DNA from: a virus
Direction: 5' to 3' (one strand)
DNA length: 64,000 nt
Virus record (IMG/VR): IMGVR_UViG_3300009130_000002
Positions 55,202 to 64,000 of this stretch are shown piece by piece. Below the pieces are notes generated by a model. That model had not been told where the DNA came from. It saw only the letters and a program-made list of their open reading frames with translations, and searched no databases. The position numbers were made by a program, and so were the translations under genes. Positions within the stretch are counted from its first letter, which is position 1. Every line of letters starts with the position of its first letter.

Positions 55202-55225
55202 TTAACCTTATAATATTAAGGTTAA
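55202..55225. promoter_or_regulatory. AT-rich palindrome, possible operator
   Basis: TTAACCTTA-N6-TAAGGTTAA, with TATAAT at 55209-55214. Confidence 0.35.
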
Positions 55226-55293
55226 TTATTATTTGAAAAATATTACTAGTTTTAATATTGATATGGATAGAATAAAGAAAATATTGAATAAAT

Positions 55294-55755
55294 TTATTCA
55301 GAATTTTCTTTATCTTGTTCTGAAGTGTTAACTGATGTTTCATTGACAAACCCTTGAAATAATTGCTGCATGTCAGTGAAACGATTAATTACATTTTGCA
55401 AATCAGATAATTGATCAGTAATTTTAGTTACTTGTTCTATATCCTCTATTGGAGGAATATCTGATTTTTGAGTCTCTGGCAAGGTAATAGCTGTTTGTAA
55501 TATTCTACTTAAGCCTTGACTTGCCATGCTAGAAAGTACCGTATTTAAATCAATTGGAAAAATTTCAGTTAAAGATTCCAACAATTGAACTACTGTATTA
55601 GGCACTTTAAGTTTAATTTGATATTCAGTATATTGAATAGGTTTAGCTTCAAATGCTTCAGAAGCTAACTGAATACCTATTTCTCTTAACTTTTCTTGAT
55701 CAAATAAGCTTAATAACTTATTAAAATCATAATTTTTTTCTGTTTCATTCGTCAT
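55294..55755 (-). CDS. Hypothetical protein (possible ribbon-helix-helix segment)
   Basis: YQIKLKVP..V..LL..L pattern. Confidence 0.6.
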   Translation of the reverse strand: MTNETEKNYDFNKLLSLFDQEKLREIGIQLASEAFEAKPIQYTEYQIKLKVPNTVVQLLESLTEIFPIDLNTVLSSMASQGLSRILQTAITLPETQKSDIPPIEDIEQVTKITDQLSDLQNVINRFTDMQQLFQGFVNETSVNTSEQDKENSE

Positions 55756-56089
55756 TGTTTGCTGTATCTGGAAGTATTAATTTTAATGGGATAGGTATTC
55801 CACTCCAATCATATCGATCTTGGGCTTGACCCCTAAGAACTAAATAAGGAGTATTATCTACATCCCAAGCATTACATTCTCCATTAATTTTATTAAAATT
55901 GCAATGATAATTTACAGATAAATTCCAACCATGATCTTTAATTAGAGAAGAAAATAGCTGACAGTTTTTAACTGCATCTCCATATTCTTCTGATGTAAAA
56001 ACATGTGTTTCAGATGCCTTACATTCACATGGAATCCATGTATGTTGAAACATATCTAACTGAAAAAAGTTATTCGCTGATATCTTCAA
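55745..56089 (-). CDS. Hypothetical protein
   Basis: Co-oriented ORF; start uncertain. Confidence 0.6.
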   Translation of the reverse strand: MKISANNFFQLDMFQHTWIPCECKASETHVFTSEEYGDAVKNCQLFSSLIKDHGWNLSVNYHCNFNKINGECNAWDVDNTPYLVLRGQAQDRYDWSGIPIPLKLILPDTANNDE

Positions 56090-57173
56090 AGATCTGCTCC
56101 ATTCTGCTTTGGTAATTGTCGAATAATCCGATCATCTTACCTGCAGCCTGTTCGACCTTTGTTCTTTGAAATAATGGAAGAGTTTGTGCCATATCCAAAA
56201 TTGCACTTGCAACTTGTGCTTGCTTTAAATCTTCTTCATGTTCCCACTCTTCATGAAGAATTTGTGCCATTCTATTTGGAAATTCAAGAATGGTTTGCAT
56301 ATAAGTTAAAGCATATTTTGGATCAATTTTAGTATTAAAGGCTTCTTCTAGTTGTATAATTCCAACTTGTGCAATTTCTGAACATGTTACTAACATTTGT
56401 AGAATACGCTCAGAATCAATATTGCCTCTATGTACAATTTTCATATCTACATTTTGTTTTGTAAGAGATGATCTATTTACAAATAATACATCATTTCTAT
56501 AAACAACAGGTTCGATCCAGATAGAAGAACAACCTACTTCGCTATTTGAAATGATCATACCGGCAGAATAAGTTACTTCCGTATTTTCACCTTCATTATG
56601 AATAATTTGGGTATTATTAAAGCGAATATGGAGTCTAGTAATGTGATCATCATATTCATATAAAGAATATGAGACATTATCATCTTGATCAAGTTCATTC
56701 ATTAAAATCGGAAATAATTGATCATCATCAAATACAGAATAGCTTGCAGATAAGATAGCTCTTACAGGAGTATTGTAAGAGGTTTGTTCTTCTCCTTCTT
56801 CTGCTTCTTCAATTGGAGATGAAGGATTTAATCTAAATAGATAATTAGGTTCATTATTTCTTTTTTGACCAGCAATTTCATTTGCGGTAGCTTCATTACA
56901 AAAATTAAAGTTATCAACCATTAGTTGATGAGCTTCCCAGCCTTCTAGTCTACGCCAATAATGGCTTGAAAGCTTAACTCTTGTTAAGAGCTGAGAAAAG
57001 GCATGAGTACTAAATTCTGCAGTACCTAAAGCATAATTGAAAAGAACTCTTGAATCGTCATCATTTGTTGAACATACAAGTTCATTAAATGGAACGATCA
57101 CATCTAAAAAATTTTCAGATCTAGTATTAATAGCATTACGAAGTTCATCTGAATCAGGATTCATTAATTGCAT
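56070..57173 (-). CDS. DUF932-like protein
   Basis: VRA.LS..Y...D, G.IISNSEVG..S..I.P...R, ..H.G. Confidence 0.7.
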   Translation of the reverse strand: MQLMNPDSDELRNAINTRSENFLDVIVPFNELVCSTNDDDSRVLFNYALGTAEFSTHAFSQLLTRVKLSSHYWRRLEGWEAHQLMVDNFNFCNEATANEIAGQKRNNEPNYLFRLNPSSPIEEAEEGEEQTSYNTPVRAILSASYSVFDDDQLFPILMNELDQDDNVSYSLYEYDDHITRLHIRFNNTQIIHNEGENTEVTYSAGMIISNSEVGCSSIWIEPVVYRNDVLFVNRSSLTKQNVDMKIVHRGNIDSERILQMLVTCSEIAQVGIIQLEEAFNTKIDPKYALTYMQTILEFPNRMAQILHEEWEHEEDLKQAQVASAILDMAQTLPLFQRTKVEQAAGKMIGLFDNYQSRMEQIFEDISE

Positions 57174-57708
57174 TATTGTCTTCCTTTAATTGGCAATGTA
57201 ACATGAGGAAATTATTTCCATTTCCTGCATTTTTTCTAACAATGTTAAAATCAAATTTATTTGGATTAGATTTTATTTCTTTAACTAACATTTCCTGGCT
57301 TTCATATGTTGAAAACCAGTTATGCTCAATAAGATATTGAGCAGTTTCAATTGGGCATGGAATATAATAAACTTTAGCAATGTAATCTTTACCATCTTTA
57401 TTTACAAATTGGAAATCTTTTAAATTTCCTTGTGTTTTAAAGATTAAAACTCGCCATTGTTTATAAGTTTTTGTTGCTTTTGGAATTGAACGACCATTAA
57501 TATCTTTTGATTTTAATGGAAGGCCTTGAGGTCTCAAATCCTGAGAAGAATTTTCTTTATATTGTTTTGAAATAATTTGATAAATTAAAAGTTCTTTATT
57601 TTCTTCAGTTTCTTGGATATCCGAAGAAGCCATATCTTTTAATGTATGAAATGGTAAAGATTCTAAATGTAAAAATTTTTCAATATCTTCAGGTGATTCA
57701 AGAATCAT
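57154..57708 (-). CDS. Hypothetical protein
   Basis: Co-oriented ORF. Confidence 0.65.
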   Translation of the reverse strand: MILESPEDIEKFLHLESLPFHTLKDMASSDIQETEENKELLIYQIISKQYKENSSQDLRPQGLPLKSKDINGRSIPKATKTYKQWRVLIFKTQGNLKDFQFVNKDGKDYIAKVYYIPCPIETAQYLIEHNWFSTYESQEMLVKEIKSNPNKFDFNIVRKNAGNGNNFLMLHCQLKEDNNAINES

Positions 57709-57736
57709 TTCATTTTCTTTTCGGTAAGTGAGTAAT

Positions 57737-58087
57737 TTACTCGGGTTTGGGTTTGTCTTTATCTGCCTGTAAGACCTTTGTTTTTTTGGTTAATCCAAAA
57801 ACTAATAATTTTTCTTCTAGAATTTTATTAAAAATATCTTCATGTTGCTTAGCAAGTTGATAACCTTGCTGAGTGGTAGTATAAATTTTTTCAAAATTAT
57901 CCTGCATTAGAACAATAGTCTCATTAGTTTTTTGTACAGCTTCGCCTAATTTCATCAGATTGTTTTCTAATTCTGCAATTTTTATTTTTAAAAATAAAAT
58001 CTCTTCTGAATCAGATGAAGATTTTGTTGTTTTTTTCTTAGGAAAAAATCTTTGAAAAAATTGAGAAATTAATAATTTGAACTTCAT
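57737..58087 (-). CDS. Coiled-coil hypothetical protein
   Basis: Heptad pattern. Confidence 0.6.
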   Translation of the reverse strand: MKFKLLISQFFQRFFPKKKTTKSSSDSEEILFLKIKIAELENNLMKLGEAVQKTNETIVLMQDNFEKIYTTTQQGYQLAKQHEDIFNKILEEKLLVFGLTKKTKVLQADKDKPKPE

Positions 58088-58109
58088 ATGAATATACTAA
58101 CTTGAGGTT

Positions 58110-58667
58110 TTAAAAAGGCAAGTCGTCTTCTATTTCATATTGTCTATAATAAGTATTTAAAGATAAATGCCAATTATGAGTGTTATCAATTGATTCTAAG
58201 AAGGAATTTACTTTTGAAGTTTTAACAGAATAAGTATCTGTAGAATATGAAAATATCTTTGTAATCCCATCAAATAGATTTATTTTTTCTAGAATATAAT
58301 CTACTTGATTCCTAATTTTTTGTTTTTCATATTTATCTGGAGGATTCCAATTGGATATATATGGATGCAATCTATCTATTTCTAGATTGGTTAAGGCTTT
58401 TTTTAGAAAATACTTATATTTATATTGTATTTTTATAGGCCATCTTTGATAAATATCACGATAAGGTGTAGTTACTATATAGGGAATATTATATTGGAAA
58501 GCTATACTTGCAGCTTCAAGTTCAGGTCCAGGAAGTAAACTAGTATAAACAACTTTAGTGTTTTTGATATCTTCTATTAGGGAATTAATATCCCAATCAA
58601 CTTTAGGTTTATTGAGTCTTGGAATAATTGGATCTGCAATAACTAAAATTTGATTGTATTTAATCAC
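58110..58667 (-). CDS. SLOG/DUF1273-like protein
   Basis: G.E..AA..A....IPY....PY......W....Y...L pattern. Confidence 0.5.
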   Translation of the reverse strand: MIKYNQILVIADPIIPRLNKPKVDWDINSLIEDIKNTKVVYTSLLPGPELEAASIAFQYNIPYIVTTPYRDIYQRWPIKIQYKYKYFLKKALTNLEIDRLHPYISNWNPPDKYEKQKIRNQVDYILEKINLFDGITKIFSYSTDTYSVKTSKVNSFLESIDNTHNWHLSLNTYYRQYEIEDDLPF

Positions 58668-58832
58668 TTACATTTCCTTGTAATCGTTTTTTATATTAAA
58701 TTCCTTGAGTTCAAATTCTTTATAATCATCGAAATTAACATAACGATATTTGGGGGGTTTAGAAAAAATACGAAGAAGAGAACACAGAACGATAAAGAAG
58801 GTGAGAATCATAGCAATCAGAATAAATGTCAT
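58668..58832 (-). CDS. Small membrane protein (54 aa, not in ORF track)
   Basis: ATGA overlap; MTFILIAMILTFFIVLCSLLRIF hydrophobic helix. Confidence 0.55.
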   Translation of the reverse strand: MTFILIAMILTFFIVLCSLLRIFSKPPKYRYVNFDDYKEFELKEFNIKNDYKEM

Positions 58833-59122
58833 TTTTCTTTTTTCCGTTCAAAATAAACTTTAAGAGTGTCATTTGTTTGATCAAGCAAATATACTACAAA
58901 AGTAGCAAATATAGCTCCGAATAAAAATGAAAACATATTTTCAGTAACTATTAGCATATAGAGAATCAATAAAGAAGCCCATATGGTAGCAAAGAAAACA
59001 GTTAAATATTTACTACGTCTATGATGTTTTCTTGTATAAAAAAATAACTCTTGCACTTCATTAAAAGTGTAAGTTCTTTCTTTAATTTCATTTAGTCTTT
59101 GTTTGTCCATTTGATTTTTCAC
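58829..59122 (-). CDS. Two-TM membrane protein
   Basis: Two hydrophobic segments. Confidence 0.6.
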   Translation of the reverse strand: MKNQMDKQRLNEIKERTYTFNEVQELFFYTRKHHRRSKYLTVFFATIWASLLILYMLIVTENMFSFLFGAIFATFVVYLLDQTNDTLKVYFERKKEK

Positions 59123-59363
59123 AATTTTTACTTGGGGTACCCGTTGTTGTTACATATTCAGTTTCATTATACATAATAAAACATCTGCAACCAGGGGGCA
59201 TTTGGGCAGGAAAATAATAATCACCTTCCCTATAGAGGATCATAAGACCTTCGTCTTGCTTACAACCGAGAGTAAGGGGGGATTTTATTTCTTTTTGGAT
59301 GGGGAGGCAACCAGAAAAGAGAATGCTAATTGTTAAAAGGACTCCAATTTGGAAGTTCAACAT
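59088..59363 (-). CDS. Probable lipoprotein
   Basis: Signal peptide ending ILFSG-C (lipobox). Confidence 0.55.
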   Translation of the reverse strand: MLNFQIGVLLTISILFSGCLPIQKEIKSPLTLGCKQDEGLMILYREGDYYFPAQMPPGCRCFIMYNETEYVTTTGTPSKNCEKSNGQTKTK

Positions 59364-59610
59364 CTTTAGGTTCTTCTTTCTGATTGTTAAGTATTAATAT
59401 TGCTTTCTTATGACAAGAAATTAAATATTGTTTAATTTTATTAAGAGTTTCTTGTGTAAAAAGAAATTCTTTAACTAAGAGATCTTTCGAAAAATGTTTC
59501 TTTTTTGCTATAGCGTTTAGGTTTCTTTCGTCAATAGCTGACTTAGGAGTAAACCAATAAACTTTATCAGTATCATAAACTATATAATAAGAATGTTTCT
59601 TTTTAGGCAT
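59326..59610 (-). CDS. Hypothetical protein
   Basis: Start moved to MPKK. Confidence 0.55.
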   Translation of the reverse strand: MPKKKHSYYIVYDTDKVYWFTPKSAIDERNLNAIAKKKHFSKDLLVKEFLFTQETLNKIKQYLISCHKKAILILNNQKEEPKDVELPNWSPFNN

Positions 59611-59845
59611 TTTCAAATTTATTTTTAATAAGAGAAAGCTGAACAATTGCTTTGTCTATAAGATGTATTCTTTTTTTATTGAAATGAGTAATATCGTTTA
59701 AATTTTCAATGACTTCCATTAAATCTGAGAGGGTCATATCTGCTTTAAGTTTAGGATCACAATCTGTACAAGTTAATTGATGTATAGTGATCCATTGTTG
59801 TTCGCAATAAGGACAACTAATCATATCAATGACCTCTTTGTTCAT
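59603..59845 (-). CDS. Zn-finger protein
   Basis: CPYC...CTDC. Confidence 0.6.
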   Translation of the reverse strand: MNKEVIDMISCPYCEQQWITIHQLTCTDCDPKLKADMTLSDLMEVIENLNDITHFNKKRIHLIDKAIVQLSLIKNKFENA

Positions 59846-60201
59846 GTATGTTGATTTAAGTCTTTAGGATCTTTTAAATATTTAAAACACCAATATGGAT
59901 CTTCATATACAGGAATTCCAAGTTTTTCAGCTTCTGCAATTTCACCTTTTGTTCCTTCAGATGTTTCCCATCCAGGAACCAAGAGAACTACATCACATCT
60001 CCTCATAAGTTCAAGAGTTCCATCAATAAAGTGTTGTTCTGTATTTAATCCTTCAAAGTGAGCGCTATTTAGATGAGGGCATACAGCTGCATGACCTGCT
60101 TTCCATACTTGCATAGCAACTTCTTTTGCACAGTCAATATGATATTGAATTTGATAAGGGTGAGTATCCCTATATTTTCCAGCTACATAAACTACTTTCA
60201 T
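59842..60201 (-). CDS. DUF4406/nucleoside 2-deoxyribosyltransferase-like protein
   Basis: VYVAGKY, P..N, L..CD.V....GWE.S.G...E...A; start at MKVV. Confidence 0.75.
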   Translation of the reverse strand: MKVVYVAGKYRDTHPYQIQYHIDCAKEVAMQVWKAGHAAVCPHLNSAHFEGLNTEQHFIDGTLELMRRCDVVLLVPGWETSEGTKGEIAEAEKLGIPVYEDPYWCFKYLKDPKDLNQHT

Positions 60202-60202
60202 A

Positions 60203-60592
60203 TTAAGCTTTAATTCCACTTGTGATATCTTTTGATAATTCAACAATTTCTTTATATAGATTTGCAAGTTCAGTATCTAAAGCTTTTCTTGCATTTGTTA
60301 CTGAATCTACATGAGCAGTTACCATCATATTTTCTAATTCTTTTTTAAAAGAATTTCCTTGAGCGATTTTAGATAAAAGTTGTTCATCTATATCTACATC
60401 CTTGATGATTCCATGATTATCAACATGTACGGTAACTAATCCTGCTCCAGCAGTACCTGTATAAGTAGAACTAGCTAATTTAACTTGGATATCTGTTACA
60501 ATTTTTAAAAATCTTGCTCTATAAGGTTCTGGAATCTTAGATATTTCAGTATTAAAAAGATTAGATGTTAATGCTTCAAAGTTCATAGTCAT
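60203..60592 (-). CDS. YbaB/EbfC-like nucleoid-associated protein
   Basis: TGTAGAGLVTV.V...G.I..V.ID..L......LE.....A...A. Confidence 0.75.
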   Translation of the reverse strand: MTMNFEALTSNLFNTEISKIPEPYRARFLKIVTDIQVKLASSTYTGTAGAGLVTVHVDNHGIIKDVDIDEQLLSKIAQGNSFKKELENMMVTAHVDSVTNARKALDTELANLYKEIVELSKDITSGIKA

Positions 60593-60647
60593 AATTACAC
60601 CTCAATGTAATTTATTATTAGAGTAAATAAAAAGTCAATAGTTATAT

Positions 60648-61556
60648 TCAATTAGATTGTATAGCTTTCATTAAAACTGGTCGCATTTTCTTAATGGATT
60701 CATTTAGTTTTTTGGTATATCCAGGAGTGTTTCGGTCAGATTTTCCTTTGAGAAAATCTGTAATAGTAGCTTCTCCAAATGTTTCATGAAAATCAACGTT
60801 ACCATCAATGGTAGGTAATCTGAATGTCTTAAATGAGTTACTAAGATTACGAACATTTCTTAGATTATAAGTGAAATCATCTTTATATCGATTTAATAGC
60901 TTAGTTACATACAGTTCTGTTTCTGTAGCTTGTTCATTGGTTATCAATTGTTGATGAACCATATAATGAATAACTGCAAGTTGTCTCATAAGCTTATAAA
61001 ATAAAGCAATACCAAATAAGGTTTGGCATTCTTGCATTTCTTTTTTCATAAAATGAGTATCAAATCTTGAAAGTAAAGATTGAGTATCAATATTATCTGG
61101 AGAATAAAGATATTTAAAAACATTATCAAGATCAGCAAGATAAATAATTTGATCTAAAATATTATCTAACTCAACAAAAATATTTTCTGCATTAAGTTGA
61201 TAAGTTTGAGTTAGTGTATCTATAAAGTCTTCATAAATATCAACTTCTAAAAAAGTAGTTTCATGAAGGATTCCAGGACTTATAGTTCTATCAACTTTTC
61301 CTGTTTTTGCTAAAACATCAAAACCAAGATCTTCACGATACAATTCTGCAGTAGCAATCATATCATATACTTTTTCTTTTTTGATATAATTTATTCCTGA
61401 AAGCTGATTTTTATGAGCATCATTTATCAATTGAATGGTATTAATTTTAGTTTGTCTTTCAAGAACATCAGCATGAAGCTCAGCTTCCATCTCAAGGATA
61501 CTTCTTTTAGGAGTTCTTCCCCAAAGAGAATCTGTATTAAATACTTTACTTTGCAT
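60648..61556 (-). CDS. Hypothetical protein
   Basis: 302-aa co-oriented ORF. Confidence 0.7.
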   Translation of the reverse strand: MQSKVFNTDSLWGRTPKRSILEMEAELHADVLERQTKINTIQLINDAHKNQLSGINYIKKEKVYDMIATAELYREDLGFDVLAKTGKVDRTISPGILHETTFLEVDIYEDFIDTLTQTYQLNAENIFVELDNILDQIIYLADLDNVFKYLYSPDNIDTQSLLSRFDTHFMKKEMQECQTLFGIALFYKLMRQLAVIHYMVHQQLITNEQATETELYVTKLLNRYKDDFTYNLRNVRNLSNSFKTFRLPTIDGNVDFHETFGEATITDFLKGKSDRNTPGYTKKLNESIKKMRPVLMKAIQSN

Positions 61557-61566
61557 GTTTTGGCCT

Positions 61567-61812
61567 CTAAATTTTTATATAGGTAAGAATGGTATCAAGA
61601 GGAATACCAAACAAATTAACAAGAAGAAAAACCACAACACCGATAAAAATTGAAATAGAAATGAGAAAACAGGTGGATTCGAGGAAGATCCAGGCTGGAT
61701 ACATAAGCCAGCCAGTATGTCTATGCATACTAGTTTCCCATGATTTTCCAACAGATGAAATTATGGAAACTAACCAAACCATCATAACAATTGTTTGAAG
61801 AGAAATTTTCAT
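61567..61812 (-). CDS. Membrane protein
   Basis: Two hydrophobic segments; AAGGA SD. Confidence 0.6.
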   Translation of the reverse strand: MKISLQTIVMMVWLVSIISSVGKSWETSMHRHTGWLMYPAWIFLESTCFLISISIFIGVVVFLLVNLFGIPLDTILTYIKI

Positions 61813-61825
61813 ATTTTTCCTTAAT

Positions 61826-61902
61826 TGGCGCGTCCAGCAGGACTCGAACCTGCAACCCCCGGCTTAGAAGGCCGGTGCTCTATCCAGTTGAGCTATGGAC
61901 GC
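61826..61902 (-). tRNA. tRNA-Arg(TCT) with encoded CCA
   Basis: GCGTCCA/TGGACGC acceptor; CCGGC-CT-TCT-AA-GCCGG anticodon arm; GGTTCGAG T-loop. Confidence 0.97.
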
Positions 61903-61903
61903 T

Positions 61904-61990
61904 TGGTGCTTCGGGCCGGAGTCGAACCGGCACGCTTTTCACGGCGACGGATTTTAAGTCCGTTGTGTCTACCAATTCCACCACCGAAGC
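61904..61990 (-). tRNA. tRNA-Leu(TAA) with long variable arm and encoded CCA
   Basis: GCTTCGG/CCGAAGC acceptor; ACGGA-CT-TAA-AA-TCCGT anticodon arm; GGTTCGAC T-loop. Confidence 0.97.
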
Positions 61991-62931
61991 TACTCTTTAA
62001 GCTTATCTACTACTGTTTGTATTAAATAAGAATTCTCATATATATATTGAGTTGTTGCGGATACAAGAGCTTTCATATTCTTTTCGCTTGCATTATCCAT
62101 TTTCCTTAAGTTTTCAGGAAGATCGAATTGCAATCTAGTATATGTTCCTCCGTCAGCTTCACATAGAGTTTTGGTTTGATGATTAATAGCATCACCAATT
62201 CCATCTAAGATGACATCGCTAACTGGAGAAGCCCATTGCATTAAGCCCCATTTTTTTGTTTGTTCATAAGGGTATAGTTCTCCATAATGCCCATTTCCAA
62301 TAGAAATAATATCCACTTTAGCATTTCTATTTTTCTTTTTGGTTAAGGTATATGCAGATAATGCTGGGTTAACAGCAAAAATTCCACCATCAATAAGATT
62401 GAACATGTTGTTTTCTGTTCTTGCTTGGACAGATGGAAAGTAAGTAGGAACACTTGAGGTTCCCATACATACTTCTACCATTTTTACATATTTGGTAGTA
62501 TCTTCTTTGCTAGAAAAAACAACTGGCCAACCTGATCTTAAATCATAAGTACAAAGGATAACTTCAATAAGGGCTTTATCTAGAGTAGTTTCTCCAAACT
62601 TCTCTGTTAGCACCTTTTGAAGTCCATCAATAGGATACTTTGGTCCAATCAATCCCCATAATGTTTTGACTTTATGCCAAAAACTACTACTAAAGACTTC
62701 TGTTCCTAATACATTATATGTATCAATAATGTCTTGAGTGTTATATTTGGGATTACCATTTTCATCTGGAATAGCTAAACCACACGAAATTAAACCTCCA
62801 GTTGAGGTTCCTGTTAAAACATCAACATATTCATGTATAGGTTTATCTAATCTAGACTCAATTTCTTTTAAAATAGTTGAACCTACAATTCCTTTGATTC
62901 CACCTCCATCTATACTTATGATTTTTACCAT
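61990..62931 (-). CDS. Patatin-like phospholipase
   Basis: DGGGIKG, GTSTG (GxSxG), S.PTYF, DGG...NP. Confidence 0.92.
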   Translation of the reverse strand: MVKIISIDGGGIKGIVGSTILKEIESRLDKPIHEYVDVLTGTSTGGLISCGLAIPDENGNPKYNTQDIIDTYNVLGTEVFSSSFWHKVKTLWGLIGPKYPIDGLQKVLTEKFGETTLDKALIEVILCTYDLRSGWPVVFSSKEDTTKYVKMVEVCMGTSSVPTYFPSVQARTENNMFNLIDGGIFAVNPALSAYTLTKKKNRNAKVDIISIGNGHYGELYPYEQTKKWGLMQWASPVSDVILDGIGDAINHQTKTLCEADGGTYTRLQFDLPENLRKMDNASEKNMKALVSATTQYIYENSYLIQTVVDKLKE

Positions 62932-62934
62932 TTA

Positions 62935-63153
62935 TTATTTTCCTTTTATATACCTATCATGGTATCCCTCAGGATACCTTTCATGCCTTACAGAAACCCA
63001 TCTTGGAGGGTTATTGCAAAGTCTTTCAAAATTTAAATCTGCTTGTCTTTTGTTGCATCTACTACAGACTCTATATTCTTTAGAGAATATCTTATGAAAG
63101 TCATGAACGAATTCCCATTCATGGAGCCCTAATGCACATAACATTTTAAACAT
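62935..63153 (-). CDS. DUF1660-like small protein
   Basis: LC.LGLH.W...C.RC. Confidence 0.6.
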   Translation of the reverse strand: MFKMLCALGLHEWEFVHDFHKIFSKEYRVCSRCNKRQADLNFERLCNNPPRWVSVRHERYPEGYHDRYIKGK

Positions 63154-63167
63154 GATAGACCTTTTGA

Positions 63168-63548
63168 TTAGTATACGGAAGGTGTTTGTTGAAAATAAGT
63201 ATATCCGAAATCAGAATTTGATTTTTCTTCTATTGCTTGACCACAAGATGAACATTGTTTTGGATCATGCAAATTATGTTTCTTTTCATAAGCTGTAATT
63301 GCAGCCATTACTCTTGAATAAGCAACCTCATGACTAAGGCATACTTGCCAACTGCTTGTTCCATCTTTTGTGTTATTTATTTGGAGTTTGTAATGAGGTG
63401 GCAATGTTGAATATGGTTCATACCAATTCACATAATATGCGTAAACTTCATCACCTACAGTGCATTGTGTAGCGCTCCATCGACCATTATCGAAAGGAGC
63501 TTGGAAATAAACAGTTTCCCATTTGGGTTCAACATATTCTTTTTTCAT
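63168..63548 (-). CDS. Hypothetical protein
   Basis: ATGA coupling; GAGGG SD. Confidence 0.6.
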   Translation of the reverse strand: MKKEYVEPKWETVYFQAPFDNGRWSATQCTVGDEVYAYYVNWYEPYSTLPPHYKLQINNTKDGTSSWQVCLSHEVAYSRVMAAITAYEKKHNLHDPKQCSSCGQAIEEKSNSDFGYTYFQQTPSVY

Positions 63549-63619
63549 TTATCTTCCCTCTTGGCTAGATAATAAATTAACAAACATATCAAGGTGTATG
63601 TAAAATAGCCCCAAGTCAT
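63545..63619 (-). CDS. Tiny membrane peptide (24 aa)
   Basis: MTWGYFTYTLICLLIYYLAKREDK*; ATGA overlaps at both ends. Confidence 0.45.
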   Translation of the reverse strand: MTWGYFTYTLICLLIYYLAKREDK

Positions 63620-63999
63620 AAGGCTGGTAAAGAGTTGACTTCAGCTAGTTTTTTATTTAATTCTTTTTGAAATTTATCAATAGAAGTTTTTAACTTTTTT
63701 TGTTCTTTCAGGTCTGTTCTTAATTGTGCTTCAATTAGAACAATACCTTTTGCTGCAAGATCATCAGCATGGAATCTATTTCTGTTTCGGAATGTGTCAT
63801 CAAATTGATGTTGAGCACGTTTCCAATTATTGTTTGAACAAATTTGAGAACAAGTTTCATACCATTCTTTATCGATGGCATAAGCAATTTTTTGTAAATC
63901 TTCTTGTGCGCGAGCAAAAACTTCTGTTAAGAATTCTTCTTTTTCTCTAGCGCATTCTAGCTTGTAACCTAAAGAATCAATATCTGATAATAATTGCTG
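63616..63999 (-). CDS. Partial hypothetical protein running off the window edge
   Basis: Open frame QQLLSDIDSLGYKLEC...NSLPAL*. Confidence 0.6.
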   Translation of the reverse strand, partial: QQLLSDIDSLGYKLECAREKEEFLTEVFARAQEDLQKIAYAIDKEWYETCSQICSNNNWKRAQHQFDDTFRNRNRFHADDLAAKGIVLIEAQLRTDLKEQKKLKTSIDKFQKELNKKLAEVNSLPAL

Positions 64000-64000
64000 T

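Noticed and set aside
61791-62025. ORFs 61791-62000 and 61825-62025
   Set aside because: They are translations of the two tRNA genes.
1-64000. Stop-codon reassignment as in some jumbo phages
   Set aside because: Code 11 gives full-length conserved proteins at high density, and TAG and TGA end genes at expected positions.

Overview
AT-rich, densely coding fragment of a large dsDNA (jumbo-type) bacteriophage genome in the standard genetic code. Bases 1-17118 are on the + strand: the end of a virion module (giant LamG-repeat fibre proteins), then primase-helicase, several PD-(D/E)XK nucleases, a DenV-like glycosylase, an amidase endolysin and a sigma-like protein. From 17102 to the end essentially all genes are on the - strand. 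They cover nucleotide metabolism (HIT, class II NrdJ, PhoH, MazG-like, phosphoesterase), a DnaE polymerase split into two genes, RecA, a radical SAM enzyme, a Ycf46-type AAA/DUF1257/DUF2997 trio, HIRAN, DEDD exonuclease, RNase H, ClpP, IscS, SpoVG, SLT, DUF932, YbaB/EbfC, tRNA-Arg(TCT), tRNA-Leu(TAA) and patatin. Strongest leads: (1) a compact retron-type reverse transcriptase coupled to an HNH nuclease, downstream of a 528-bp hairpin-packed non-coding region; (2) a close sequence match to plant-organelle Whirly ssDNA-binding proteins; (3) an unannotated 31-aa, 11-Cys metallothionein-like peptide; (4) several multi-stem intergenic RNA-like structures. All family assignments come from motif recognition by eye; no searches or folding programs were run.
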